This document shows positions 1-14,704 of a DNA stretch of 64,000 nt, in pieces (position 1 is the stretch's first letter; the number at the start of each line of letters is the position of its first letter). The position numbers and the translations under genes were made by a program. A model generated the notes under the pieces. The model was not told where the DNA came from. It searched no databases and saw only the letters and a program-made list of their open reading frames with translations. Source of the stretch: Epiperipatus broadwayi (lineage: Eukaryota; Animalia; Onychophora); contig JAQFVV010000005.1 in assembly GCA_028023455.1 (NCBI GenBank), positions 11,346,001-11,410,000 on the forward strand. Direction: 5' to 3'.

Positions 1-2297
1 TCCAGTATATTGCTATTTTGATTTTCTGATTCCTTGCCTCTTCTATTACCTATTCTTCAGTTTAATAGTTTTCTACTTCTCAGAGTGTTATTTATTACTT
101 TGTAACCAGACTTAAAGTATTTATGAATATATTGTTTATGCTTTCAATACCTTCAAACTATTTTCTATATTTTTTTTTACCTCAGTTTAGAATTAAAACT
201 GCATTTTTGTTAGCATTAGTAGAGAAAGATAACTTCCTAAATATCTATTTAACAATTCTGGGGAATTCCCAATTGCAGTTTAGAAAATGTAAGTTATTAG
301 AACACTGTGCATTCACATATCAATGTGTATTTATGAGATTAAATTACATAAAAACTTGCTTAAGTTATTGGGTTTTTTTTCTATCAGTTCATTAAATTCT
401 AAATAATATATAGAAATTAATATTTTTTTGATTTTTTCAAAAGTAAAAGCTGCTTCATTATCCATTACAATCATTTCTTGAAAACTATATGTAATTTTTT
501 TCAATTTGAAGTGATCTTACCTACATTGATAATTATTATCTTATGATTTCTACCAAACATGAATATGAATTTATTACCATAAGAAAAACAATCCTATTTT
601 TTTGCCACGGTTTCAACATTTTCGATCATAAACATTATTTTTCAGGTAAGTTAGTTTTGTCATGACAATTCTCATATTTTTAATATATCTTTTGAAATGG
701 TGATTAAAGTCACCCATCTAACATATATATTTATCATTCATATAGTATATATTTTTCTTGAAAGGTTTTTTTTTTTTTTTGTATGTGTGTAATATTACAG
801 AATTCCTGTGTGATATAGAAATTGAGCTAGTGATCTAAAACTTTATTGATCCATCCCTAATTTTTTTCATTATAAAATATATTGAGTGATTTGTTGAACA
901 AGTAAACGTATTGAATTTATTAAATTATTTAATAATGTTCAAATATTTGCTATCAGGAAGTGAGGAAGAAAATGATATCATGTATCCTTCTATAAAATGC
1001 TACAATTTGTATGACAGCAACTGTGTAATTATAAGTGTTGACTGCTATTGGAAAAATCAACAGTCCACTTCCAGCAACAGTATTCTTTCAATTCAATAGA
1101 AAATTACTATAGATGACAACAGTAAAAGGAAAGAGATAGTTGGATGACCTTTTGTGAGAAATAGATAGCATATTAAGCCTGATGTGAAGATTATTGCTGG
1201 ACAAAGAAGGTGACACAAAATCATTTTGCCTTAATTATTCTTTCTTTCATTGTAAAATAATGGTTATATTGTGCTAAAATGCAGAATACAAGAAGCTATA
1301 ATAATAAAAAATATATAAAGGCTAAGCGCTTTCAGGAATATCTTGTTCCAATATTCATAGCATATGATGGAAATGTTGGTAAAACATTATGTCTAAACAT
1401 AGTGTATGCAATGTATTTAAATGGCCAATTTTTTAGAAATGGAAAAGCAGGATTCCTTCTTATTGATGGTGTTGGCATTATCTGCTATAAAGCATGCCTC
1501 TTTTACCTCACATTTTATATCGTTCTGCTCCATGCAAAGTATTTCTGCTGATGTGGGTGCAATTACTGACTATAAAAAATTATTATATAGTATTAACAAT
1601 TACAATCCATATACAGATGATTATTTTTGATTTTAACTGACAAATCAATTCAGTTTATAAATGCATGGTTACAAAAAAAATATAGGTTGCATGAAACAAT
1701 TTTTTTTTTTAATTGTGGAAAATACAAATTTTACCACACTGGTTTTCATCTTTTATTCATAGAAGTTGTCTTGTCTTGATAACAGATTGAAGATTGATTA
1801 CTGATGATATGCTTGGGTTATTATGATGTAATAAAGTTGTATGTACTAAATGAATGTATCCTTTATTATATTATTGTTTGTCAATTTATTAGATTGCAAA
1901 ATCTTGCTTTGCATCAAGTTTTTCTCCCAAATTTCTCTAAATTAATTATTTTTAAATATCTAAATTTTTGCAGCTCTATAATCCTTTGCCTTAATGTTTA
2001 TAATTTAAGATTATGTTATTAAAGAAATCTCATTTCTATGGCTGTTATATACACCATTAAAATTTTATAAATTTCATAGAAATTTGGTGGCTTATTTAAA
2101 TAAATATATATTTTACTGGTATAAATGGGAAAGCCAATAAACATCACATGACCACCATCTCTTATGCTTGTGTATAACTGTTGTTAAAACAGGAAAAACT
2201 CACTATACGTATTGCCACACACAGCAAGCCAGAGTAATCAATGGATGCCAGAAGGCATGTGCATAAAAATCCCCATCTAATGCCTACTCATCCAATA

Positions 2298-2339
2298 TCC
2301 CCAGACTAGTTTCTGGCTTGTGGCCTTCATCAGTGAGGA
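2298..2339 (-). ncRNA. Type I hammerhead ribozyme (family A), core intact
   Basis: Reverse complement reads UCCUCA CUGAUGA AGGC CACAA GCCA GAAA CUAG UC UGGGGA. Stem II is closed by an A.A mismatch. Confidence 0.8.
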
Positions 2340-2380
2340 GCCTTGGATCCTAAAATCTAGGTGGTGCTCAGATCCAAGGC

Positions 2381-2422
2381 TCCTCACTGACGAAGACCAC
2401 AAGCCAGAAACTAGTCTGGGGA
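2381..2422 (+). ncRNA. Type I hammerhead ribozyme (family A), N7=C, weakened stem II
   Basis: TCCTCA CTGACGA AGAC CACAA GCCA GAAA CTAG TC TGGGGA. Confidence 0.7.
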
Positions 2423-3189
2423 TATTGGATGAGCAGGCACTAGATGGGGATTTTATGCACAAGCCTTCTGGCATCCATTGATTACTCTAGCTTGCTGTGT
2501 GTGGCAATACATATAGTGAGTTTTGCCTGTTTTATAAATGGGAACAATGACAGTAACACCTATAGTTTAAAGAAAATTTAAATGAAATACAAGAAAACTC
2601 TTTGATAAACCTTATGAATTGAGGTGTCAAAAATAACAGTGTAGAATGCCCAAGAGATAGAGACTCTTTTAAATCAAATCCAAGATTTATAGAGTAAAAA
2701 CAAAACATTGCAGCAAAATAAACGAAAGACTCTGTTCATAGGTCTTGATTTCAAATTCCTAACTTATACCAATATAATTTAAATGAAATAAATAATAAAG
2801 GTAGGGAGCGAGGGGGCTATTATTTTCATTAATTCTTTTTCAATTTTTTTTTAGATATCAACTTAATAAAAATTATTTTTTAAAATAATAAATTCCTTTT
2901 CATCCCTGTACTTCCAGAGGCAATTATCTCTTCTCCTTAGACCTCGATTTTTCAAATGTGATTTTAATTTATTTTTTAAAATTTTTATTTACTTACTTAT
3001 TTTTCTTTACTTTTGAGGGAAATCCCCAGCAAGTTTTGGGGGAAAACATCATAATTTTAGTTATATTACTGCACTTAGAACCCATTCACAATATGGGGAC
3101 AACTCAATTTTTTACTTATTAATATTATCCGATGACCTTCATATTTGAAACAACTTTATTTTGCTTTTAATTCAATGTTTCAAATATAA

Positions 3190-6100
3190 TAATACATATT
3201 TTAAACGAATACAAACCAATGCAAGAAAGTTTCAATAGTGCTATCTGTATTTATCACTATGCAATGTCTAATACATATACAAATATAACATATGTCCAAC
3301 ATTAATAATGAGGCAAGAGGCAACAATGATCAGTGAATCCGAATGTTTTCACTATGGAAAGGGATCTGAATATAAATAATTTATTGGGAGGTAAGAGGAA
3401 ATAACTGTCAAGGCTGAATAACAGTACTCTGGTTAACTACTATATGATTAATGCAGTGAGGCAAGTTGACATCAGAACTGGAAGCTGCTATAATCTAAAT
3501 CAGACATGAGGCAAGCTGTCATAGTACAGCCAGAAGTGTCACCATACCTTCTAATGATGCAGCCTGTCACACTACAGCTGGAAGGGGTAGGTAAACTTAT
3601 AAGGCATCAGAAATCCCTTCTTCCTATAGTTGCATGGCAACTAGAAGCTATACCTTATCAATGGTAGCAGATGGAAGTATAGCCATTTGCATATTCATTT
3701 AAAGTTATGTTAATAAATTTATGTTGTAAACATTTCAGTGTACCTGTTTTATATTAATTTACACATAAACACCACAGATTTGTCACAGTTGACAGGATAA
3801 CAAAAAAAATCAAAGGCTTGAAAAAAGTTTCAAATGACAAAGTCTTACCTCTGTGGATCATTAGATCCTTACCTTTAATCTCAAAAATTGACGTCTAACA
3901 TTAACATTATTAATACTTCAATAAAAAAAAATTAAAATCAAATGTGAGAGGTTATTTGTTAAAATAATAAAAGCAGAATCTCCCCCCATGGGTTGTTTAG
4001 ATCTGTGAATTAAAAATTGTTGGCAAACATTATTAGCACATCAATAGAGAGAAAAAAAATCATGAGTGGTTACTTGTATATTATTAAATAGAACAGATAT
4101 ATTTTTTTCTCTCATGGCAGAAAAGCAAAAATCAAATGGCTAAAATGGGATGAATGGAAGAGTTTAATACAGCCTATCCTGAAGATTGGCCAAGCTACAA
4201 GAATCGAGTATTTTTCTATACGCAGGCTAATCAAATCAAAAACCTGATCTAAAATTAGCCATTCTGGTTTCAGTCATCAGATCTCAAATATATGAGACTC
4301 AAATCATAGGAAGTCCTCATGCTTGTTGTCTCTACTGACTAACTTTTACTGCCCAAATCCCTTAATAATAATGCAAAGCTATCACTTCAAGATTTTGCTG
4401 TTAAAATCAAAAAACTATCCCTAAAATGTGATTTTAAAGTTTTCACCTATGAAGCACTGAAAGATCAATTTATTTGTGGAATGTGAGACCATAACTTAGG
4501 GTCGAGCTTTTTGTGGATTCTGATATCATTTTTGACTCAGTTTTCTCTCAAGTGGCCTCTACAATGAAGCAAGCAAGTCCTTTGAAAAAAATGGTCTATA
4601 TCATTAAAATTGTTGATCAGAAAACTGGTTCAGACAACTACCCAGCTGACAATAAAAAAAAAAGCCTGAATAAATTGTCAACAATGAATAAAAAAACATT
4701 ATTATATATGTGATCAATCAAAAGTGCAAGCACTGACTGTCCTTATCAGAATACAGTGGGTAGATATTAGTCACACAAAAGCTGCTTGTTTTAAAAGAAA
4801 ATAAGTTGCTAATAACAAAATGGAAGAGTCCATTCCAAAAAGCCATAAAGGCAAGATAAAATCAAATTATATTAATGCTTGTATAAACAATGTGAGAGGT
4901 ATTGACTCTGGTTTCAAATACAGAATTATTATTAATGATATGCCAATAACAGTGAAACATGACATTTGTCTGCAGTATCTATTGTCAAAAAAAATATATA
5001 TATATCAGCTACATCCTAGCAGCAAAACAATTGTTGATTACCAAGGCAATCAAATAGCACTCTTGGGTGAGACAAGAGTTAAAGTTACAATGTCTAATAA
5101 AACTATATATCTGGCTCTGATTATGTCTGTTAGTAAGCAGAGTAATTTGTTAGGTCATGACAGGTTCAATCACTTGTGCCTTGCAGTGGCTAAAGTGAAC
5201 CAATTCACAAAAGTAAATTTTAAATGAGTTTATCCAGAAGTACTTGTTAATAAATCAGATTTGAACTTTGAAATAAGTCATGAAAGTGAGAAATAGCAAT
5301 ATTAAAGTGCAGAAGTCCCATGTCACATGAATAGAAAAACCACTAAATGTTTTCCAGCAGTGATGATCAAAATTAAAAAATCATAAACAATGATAGTTCA
5401 AAAATGCATAGCAACAACATAGACACACAAACAAGCTGTTAAATTATGAAAAGTCATGAGTTATCAGTAAAGAGTCACCATCCAACAGTGATAAGATCAC
5501 CAGTCAGCAGTGATGAATCTACATAATTAAAGATTTCCAGATGTACCAATAAATACCCTAGACTTGTTGATGAAGTCATCAAACCTGACGAAGCCAGATA
5601 ATAATGAAGATGTCCACCAAAGCATCTGAATGATGTTTATCATGACTACTTTTAGTTACGAAAGGGAGAAAATGTCATATCTTATCTTAAACATTAAATA
5701 ATGAACTAGTGCAAATTCAATCTTATCTTGATTGGATTAGGTATTCATCACCACAGATCAACATATATACAAATAGATAACATACATCCAAGGTCAATAA
5801 TGGACCAATAGGTGATGATGTTCAATGAATCTGATTGTTTACATTATGGATGGGGATCTGGCATTAAGTAGTCAATCCATTAGGAGGTCAGGGGAGACAA
5901 CTGTCAAAGCTGAATGATAGTATGCTGGTTGTCCACTATACAGTTAAAGCAGTGAAGCAAATCTACATCAGGACTGGAAATGTCACTGTATTAATCATGA
6001 GATCGGCTGTCAGAGTACAATTGGAAATGGTAGGTAAACTTATAAGGTCACCCAAAGTCCCTTCTTTCTATAGTTGCATGGCAACTAGAAGTTATACTTC

Positions 6101-6244
6101 ATCAATGGTAGCAGGTGGAGGTGTAACTGTTGTATATAGTGTAAATATGCAATTGTATATTTATTTAATGTTACGCTAATAAATATATACTATAAACGTA
6201 TTTCCACATGTCTGTTTTATATTAATTTGCACATAAACATAACA
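3190..6244 (+). mobile_element. Old, internally deleted Ty3/Gypsy LTR retrotransposon (both LTRs, gag and protease relics, pol mostly missing)
   Basis: Diverged direct repeats ~3190-3776 and 5673-6244; the 3' copy is TG...CA and follows the polypurine tract AAAGGGAGAAAA. Gag-like MEEFNTAYPEDWPSYKNRVFFYTQAN from 4154 and KCDF...EALKDQFICGM at ~4420-4480. Protease-like ORF 4820-5227 ends SNLLGHDRF. Confidence 0.8.
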
Positions 6245-7559
6245 GGAATTTACCCTGTTTGCATTAAGAATTGTTTTACATATAAACTTAATTTCATAAG
6301 TTAGTGCTCTGATAGAATGGTAAACTTGAGTGTTAAAGTTTCCGTCATACGATCGCTTGATGGATAAACCAATTGACTTTTTTTCCCTTTTACTGTTTAA
6401 TACAAAATACAGTGAATGATACCAAAGTTAAAGATTTTTGGATCGAATTTGAATTGCCACATGATCCCCAGGAGATTAAAGATTTTTCCCGAAGAAACTT
6501 TAAACAATTGTATTGATATAAATATGAAAAAAATCTATTTACTAATCACTTTTACTTTATTTTTGAATTCACAATGTGTTTACCTCATTTTTCTGGCAAT
6601 CTATTTTTTACATATTAATTCTAAACTTAGTTATAAATTATTATAAACACAGTATTGTATTATTTTAATACACATTGGTTTGCGACATTTTTTACAATAG
6701 AGGACGCGCCGTGCTTTGTTATCGTGAGTGGAATGAAAAAGGGCTAAACTTAAATAATTGTTAAATCATTTTTTAAATCAAAAACACAGTACTGTAAAGT
6801 ATGAATACACTTTTTGGAATTTAGGTAAGATTCTAAGGCCTATTTTACTTACCCTTGGTTTGTACTTATATTTATCTTTTGCACAAATAATGTATTACGG
6901 GTTCCTGACAGCATAACGTTATAAGAATAAATTCTAGAACTACTGTTAATTGGATCACTTTATTTTATTATTTATGACATATTATACGAAAGGCAGATAA
7001 TAATATACTTGAATATAAGCCATCAAAACTAACTGAAATTATACATTTCAATCAAACATTTCTCTTTCATTTGAAACAGCATTTTATTATTCAATACAGT
7101 TTTACATTAATAAAATTTTATACAATGTAAAAATTAAGAATGAAAAACATAGTTTATATCGTATTTTAATTTATCTATTGTCAAATATAGAGCTAAATTT
7201 TATTCTGGTTGCTTCATTTATGGACTAATGTTGATAAATTTCATTTTAGCATTTTTAAAAACACTATATGCGTAGGTAAAAGTGCTTATTTTGATCATTA
7301 AACTAGAATGTTTATTAGTGCTTCGATAAATTTTGTTGTTTGATTTGTTATGAAATTAATTGGTTATTCTATGTATACAAGTGTAACTTCTGATTTTGTT
7401 AATTGGTCTCCATTGAGATTGATATATAAAGGTCTATTTTTTTTTTTGTAAATGATTCTTATGGATTGTGAATAAATTTTCCTTTTGAAAGATAAATAAA
7501 GTATTTAATTTTTTTTTGAAAAATGACATGGAAAATAAATTTTTAAAATCAAAGAAAAA

Positions 7560-10500
7560 ACATAGGTTATACAGAATTAATTAAAAATAAATAATTTATT
7601 AGATAAAAAGAAGAAGAATATTTTTATTTAAGAGAGAAAAGAAAAATAATCAGATTAAATTGGTGATTTCTGAAGAATAGATTTGATTAGTTAAGTCTAG
7701 TTCGGAAAATTAGTATATGTATATAGGATAGTTAAATTAATAGAAGTAGAACAATACTGATATCATAATGACAATGAAGGTAACTATTCCATTTAAGTCA
7801 TAATCATAGGTGTGAAATCGGTTCAATTTTTAATAATAGATCATATTTATTTTATTATAGTGATTGAATATTTTTGAGAAAAACTGATCTAAAATAATTA
7901 TAAGTATATTAAATATATTAAAATTTATAATATTAAAATTTTTTTGGAGACAATAAATATAGTCGAGCTTGCATATGACTTTCACGATATATTTCTAAAG
8001 AAAAAATAGGAAAACTAGCAGGATAGGAAATATAGAACCTTTAGGCTATACATTTATGTAGTAAAAAATAAAATTGGCAGAATACTAAGAATAATGCATC
8101 ATTATAATAAGCCATTTGAGAAATTTAAAATTCAATCCAGAAATGTTAGTCTAAATAATGTAGATAATGCTATCTATATTCAATGACATCAGAGAGGATA
8201 GATGTAAGATAAAAGCATTGCTTTGTTTAGCCAGGTCTAAAATAATAGGGATTGCAAATACATTGTAAGTCAAATAGTCAAGAGAAATACAATCATAAAG
8301 AATCATATATCAATTGAACAGTTGTTTTAGTTCTTTATCATCATGTCATAAAACAAGACTGAATTTCAGGAATAATAGCAAGAAAAGATAAAAATTAATG
8401 GATTATTATATAGCAAAATTCTTGATTTTGCAACAACATGCAATTATTGAGAATTTTTTAGAATAAACACTTCTAGAACAGCTATTAGTAGGAACAACTG
8501 AAAATAAATTCTAACATCAGTTATTAGTGAAAGGTATTGTAACTTATAAAGTATTCACCCAGAAGTATTAAGTAGTTTCAAGTCCTAAAATTAGTAAATA
8601 ATCAGACCATTCTGAAAATTAATGGTATTCCAAAGTAATAGAGAAAATTTATTTTGTTATTATTGTAGAATGGAAGGCTCATTGCTTCTAAATGTAAATT
8701 GAAAGATGAAGTCAATCATAATAGTAACCATTGTGGGTACTTAAAGAAAGTTTGTAAAAAGAAGAAATCTATAAAACTTAGAAATGTCAAAGAATAAGAT
8801 AAAAAACAATATGAAGACATTCAGTATGGCATGTTTTGAGGCAACAGCATTTTATGATTTCTATAGACAGTTGTATATTTGAAAGAAGTTAAAAACTAAG
8901 ATGGAAATGGTCAGCAGATTTTGTATTTCTATAATGTTAATAAAAGATTGAAAAAAAGTAACGAGAGGTGGATAAATGTGAAGAATATGAATTTTGTAGT
9001 TAATAATGTCAATGAAAGCAAAATATACCTACTGGGAAAGATTTGGGTGATAGCTAAACTAAATAATAAGAAAGTGAACTTAAAATTATGTATTATAAAT
9101 AATCACTTTAAAACAGTATTAAGGAAAGTATGATTACAAGTTAGGTATCAAACTTAAGAGTAGTTATTGTTATTAAAGAATGAAATCTAGAAGAAATTGT
9201 CAAACATGTTGAAGGAGATTCTGAGAATAGCATTAATTATAAAAGATAGAAGACCAATCATTTGTAAACCTAGAAACTTTCATAATGAATAAGAGGTATG
9301 ATATAAGAAGTTTTGTGAAAAATGGTAAAAGATAGAATACATCAACACAAAGTTCAAAATAAATAATGCTAGTATTGATGATTCATAAACAAGATGGCAC
9401 GATATGTATATTTGATGATTACAAGATAACAATAAATAAAAATTTTAAGAAAGATTTTTATTCAATGCCAAATATAAAAAATGTTTTGGCTTGTTGCAAA
9501 ATTGTTTCTTTTTGTTAAATTATATTTAAAAACTGCTTTTTATCATATCTCACTGAATAAAATATGGTCAACAATCTGACCCCTGACTACAGGTAATGGC
9601 CTTTTTAAGTGTAACAGACTATTTTTGGAATCATAACTCCTACATTTTACACACTGATATGTGTACTATTGACAGTACTGGAAGAATAGGTTCTATATTA
9701 TAATAATACATTTACTACAGCTGTTGGAAGAACTAAATCATTGAGTAACAGAAGTAGGTAAAAAATTAGAAAGAAAATGATTTAAATTGAATGAGTAATG
9801 GAATTCCTGGAACACATCATCTCTGAGTAAGATTTATGCAATGATTATAAACAACAGTAAAAAACTATATGTTTGTCAAGAACTGATGAACACTTTTGAT
9901 ACTTTTCTAAGAGGAAAAACACATTTAGAACAATCTTTTGAGAAAAATACATAAATGAATATGGGAAAATGGCATTCAAGTTAATAAAGGCATACAGATA
10001 ATCCTCAGTATAGACTTGTCAGCATATAAAATTGATGCAATTATAATCCATAATATCTATGAAGATGAGAGAGGTCTTAATAGATTATTATATTCTTTAT
10101 GTTATATGGAATAAGAAAATTATTAATATTTATATGAGAGAATGTTCAAAGTGATCATAGGCTACAAACTTTTATTAGAAATATTAGCTAAATATAAATC
10201 TATATCAGTTTGCATAAGCCTAGAAATGTTGAGTTTAATGATTCATTATCAGCTTAAAATTAAGATTTGATTTACGGGATAAAGATTCTCAAATGAAAAA
10301 AAAAAAAAAATCAGAAAATGATAGACATAAAATATTTAATACAATTTAATCTAGAATATTAAGCAATAATGTGGTTGAAGGTTGAATCGTAAACAATAAA
10401 AAAGATATTAAATCATGTTGAATTAGATAATTAGAGACTGGACTTCCAGGTGCCTGAAATTATTATCTAAAACTTTTTTGGAGCAATGAATATGGGGAAT

Positions 10501-11300
10501 AAACTAATCAAGGAACAAGTAAATAAATTAATTCTAGAAATAATTCATAAGGATCATCTTGATATAGTCAGAGCTTAAAGTTTTAGCCCATGTCTTTACA
10601 TCAAAAATTAAGAATTTTGTTAAGGAAAGGTTAGATTATCTCCTGAGAAATATTTATTCATAGCCTGAAGCTGTCAGACATCAGTGAAATGTACATTTGG
10701 ATTATGTAGCGCTATACAAAGATCATTCATTCCTTAGTGTAATTAACACTTATTTTATTCAAAGTGGACATATAGATTAGTTAAAAATAATTGTTTTGTG
10801 AAAACAATAAGAGTTCTCAGATTTTTTTTCCAATCAAAAGATTTCACATTATTTATTATCATTAATAAAATTGAATTTATTTCTTCTATATTTGATGTCA
10901 CAATTAATCTATAGGTTATCTGAATAAGAAATACAATAAAATATATAATGGTTAAATTAAAATTAATGTTGTATGTCATGCTATGTATGATTTTCTGTTT
11001 CTTTACCATCAATTGTAACAGGAGAATGTTCATCACAATTATTAATAAACAGAAAACTGATTACTAACCTCAATCAATGGAAGAAATAAAGAAAGTTTAT
11101 TTGTATTAAAATATAAAGTCAAAATAACTAAATAATTAATTGTTCAGGAATTCGTAAGAAATTTGAATACCAGAAGTGACTGCTGCATAGGTTAATAATC
11201 AAGATATGAGTCAGGAATAATTTAAAGAGAACATGAATTATAGTAAAGTTTATTTTATCCAGAAATATATTAAAAACCAATGATCAAAGTATCAATGACA
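7560..11300 (+). mobile_element. Heavily eroded Ty3/Gypsy internal region (gag, protease, RT, RNase H, integrase relics)
   Basis: Frameshifted remnants of the RT start (KQDGTICIFDDYKITIN ~9390-9440), RNase H (~10010-10170) and integrase zinc finger (LEIIHKDHLDIVRA ~10535-10575). Many stops. Confidence 0.7.
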
Positions 11301-11899
11301 TACCAAACATTTGCATACATGTAATGTCACTTCTAAGCTGTGCAATTGTACAGCAATTTTGAAAGCCTGTGCACTGCTCTGTAGCTTCTACACACTCCAG
11401 ACATTATTTGCTTATGTTTAAACACAAAGTTGAATCCAGATGAATAATTTTGATAAAAAGAATTTATAAATAGAATTGATTTGTACCTGCAGTGGGGGCA
11501 GGGATATTGCTATGGCGACTTCAGTTTAATAATGTGTCCTGCCCGAAACAATTAAAAGTAGATTTCAATACTATTATATTTTGGCCTATATATAACAGCA
11601 TGGATTGAGCACTGTCTTTTCTCCACTGACAGTTGACATGATAGGATGTTTAATGCAACGGAGACTGCAGTTTGAGTGAGATGAGACTTTTTTTTTATTA
11701 TTGTAGTTTAAAAAAAAAAAAATCATCCAACATATAAATATTTTATCTTGGGCCCTACAAATTTCAGTATGATTCGCAAGTCAATGTAATCTTCATTAAC
11801 TCAATCTGAAAATAAAAAAAATGAATGGCTTTCCTGATAAGTTGAAGATGAAGTGCTATCGTCACCAAAAATTATAGCTACTGTATTAAATTTGGGGAT

Positions 11900-13600
11900 G
11901 TTTTTAATTATCAAACTATTAAACTTGGGAGATGGGTTTTAGTTATCAAAGCAATGCAGATAACATTTGTAAAATTTACTGTCAGTCAAATTCAACATGA
12001 ATTCATTTTCAGTAAAAAATAAGCTGAACAAAAAAATAGACCACTTAAAGTACCATTTAAGTTAAAAAGTTCCTACTGGTTCAGTAATTGCCATCCGAAA
12101 TAAAATCAATGGAGAAATTTTGAAAATTTTAAGTGAAACCCAGAATGTAATCTTAGATTAAAAATGCTGATTGCAAGCAAACAGACAAATCTTGATTAAA
12201 ATATTATTAGTGGTATCCTAGCAATTTCAATTCGTCATGACCATGTGGGAAAATACGTTAATACTCCTGAGTCGTGGCATAGCAAGAATTATTCCTTCAA
12301 ATTTATAAAAGTGTAAATTTAATCATATTGATGAAATTCAAATGTTTTCATTTCATTATTTGATAGTTAATTAAAGTAGGGATATTTCAGTATTAAAAAA
12401 ATATTGTATATAAAATACTGATCAAAATTTGAATCCAGTTATCAAACAAAATTTATCTGCATTATTATGTTTATTGCATGTATAGGCATTCTGTTGCAAT
12501 AGGGATAAAAAAAAGTTTTTTAGAGAGAATAATCTTGATTTACAAAAATGGTTACGTTAACCTCTGTAATGTTAGGAAAAACAAATGTTGTGACTGCTTG
12601 TCTGTGAGTCGATATTTCTCATTTAGTTCAGTAGCACTATATGGCTCATAGGGAAGATCTTGGGGATAGATGATGCATAGAAACTGGTTTCATTTATTTA
12701 AAGATATTGGGATACTTAATGAAATATATCCAAAGTTTAGTAGATCATCTATAAGAATTGAACAACACAAAGAATTGGCCAACATTTCAGAAATTGATAT
12801 TATATCATTCTGACTTCTCATTGATATTTAAATATTTTGTACTAAATACTCTGGTAAGAAATACTGATACTTTAATAAGTTATTGCACAGACCAAGTTGA
12901 AGATTCCAATGACCCAATAAATAAATATTCTTTAAAAAAATCACAATATTGAGTAGCATTTGTGATTTTTCAAAATATATTTATGGAATTATTAGCCGTA
13001 AACATATCTTTGCAAAAGCAAAAATTAATAAACTAAGAATACAATATCTAGATAATGTCTGCTGGATTGTGGACAGTCAAACAATTTTATATTTCAGTGA
13101 TTACATAGATATTTCACCAATACTTAAATATTTTATTTAACTGCTTTGTAATTATTTAGATACTAGATTTCCAGAAAAGGTATAAATGACTGGAATATCA
13201 TGGATCCTTTTGTAATGGAAATAATTTAAACATAAAGCATGAAAAAGATAAAAATGTTTATTTGTAAAATATGAATCTATAATAAATAATAATAATAGAA
13301 ACTATATAAGCTTAGGTACAATTTTAAAACAATATGGTAATTTGAAATTTGTAGTAAATGAAAAATGCAAAGTTGAAGTAATCAAATCATTTAAGGATTT
13401 AGCTATATATGTCTTAAAAGACCAATAATATAAAGAATTTTCACTACTTTTCAATATTTATGCAAGTTTTCAAACTTCCAGCACTGATTATGAATTTGGT
13501 TTTAGTTTCATGAAAGCAATAAAATCAAAAATCCTGTAATTAATTAGATAGTAAATATTTGGATAAATCGTAAAGAATGACATGAAAAAAGAAAGGACTA
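11900..13600 (+). mobile_element. hAT-superfamily transposase relic
   Basis: HYMAHREDL at ~12635 resembles the hAT C-x-A-H-x-L motif. SSTDYEFGFSFMKAIKSK at 13477-13530 resembles the hAT C-terminal dimerisation motif (S/T-A-x-C-E-R-G-F-S). No TIRs found. Confidence 0.6.
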
Positions 13601-14704
13601 ATTATTATTATTGATTTTGGTTAATATTTTTAAGTTATTTTCTATTATATTTTCTTATATATAAACTATTTGATATATAAACATGCAAATAGATGTTAAT
13701 TTTTGATGTTTTTTACTGAATATTGATCAGTTTAGTGAACTCAGCTGTTGTATTTTTTGTTCCAAGACAGTCTACTCTTAAAGAGAATATTGAGTACAAC
13801 TGACAACCAGATAATTGAAACCAATTCCAGGAAGGAGAGATGTTCACATAGATAATAGAAAACCAGTTGTATAAATCAAGAATACAAAATAATTAGTAAT
13901 TAATGAATTGAAGATTAACATTTGATGACTACATTACAATAAAAAGAAGAAAATGCAGAAATAAATGAATGAATATTAAATATCAAAAAATTATGAACAG
14001 ATTGTAGTTTTTGCTTGGAAATTCATAAGAGGTTTGAATTCTAGATGGGACAGAGCTGGGCAATAATCCAAAGATTTTGAACATTAGAATCTGATAATTT
14101 ATAACTGCATTTTAAGTCATACAGGGCCAAAAAAAAAAATGAAGAAACAAATAATGTGATTAAAAATAATAAAATTTTTCTACATTTTGTTAAATTGTTA
14201 TTCCAGAAACATTGATGTGAATAGGTGAATCAGAAAATTAATCAATTTATAGGCTTGTTAATTTAATAGAAATAGAATTATGTAAACATAAAAAAAAAAA
14301 TTAAAAAAGCTCTACTGAAATATCTGGCTTTAGGTGTGAAAATACTAAGGTTTTTTGTAACAAATCAAATAGAATTACTATAATATTTGTAAACTTTTAA
14401 GCAAACTAATCTAAAATGATTATAAATATATTATTAAAAATTATATGTGGAGGTAGATATTAAAGTTTGTAATACTTATCATATTTAGGAAATAATTATT
14501 TAAAGTTCACATAAGATTTCCTTGATTTATTTATAAAGAAGAAAAACCAAAAAACTAGAAGGAACAATATAGAACCTTATGCTGTACATTTTATGGCAAT
14601 ATGACATTTCAAAAATTGTATGATAGTTTGCACTTACTGTCAGGTTTTCTATCTTTGGTATTTAAATAGAATTATTAAAAAAAATTTCCATCATATCTGA
14701 AACT

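Larger units (their letters stand above)
2132..2532. mobile_element. Family A hammerhead retroelement insertion, divergent inverted arms, 12-bp TSD
   Basis: TSD TATAAATGGGAA at 2120-2131 and 2533-2544. Minus-sense arm ~2132-2349 and plus-sense arm ~2346-2532 share a GATC junction. One HHR per arm. Confidence 0.9.

Noticed and set aside
2277-2474. 65-aa ORF across the palindrome centre
   Set aside because: It is a by-product of the GC-richer ribozyme arms and is not maintained in other family A copies.
4261-4290. CUGAUGA-CU-GAAA on the minus strand
   Set aside because: No stem II and no valid cleavage triplet; it lies within the gag relic.
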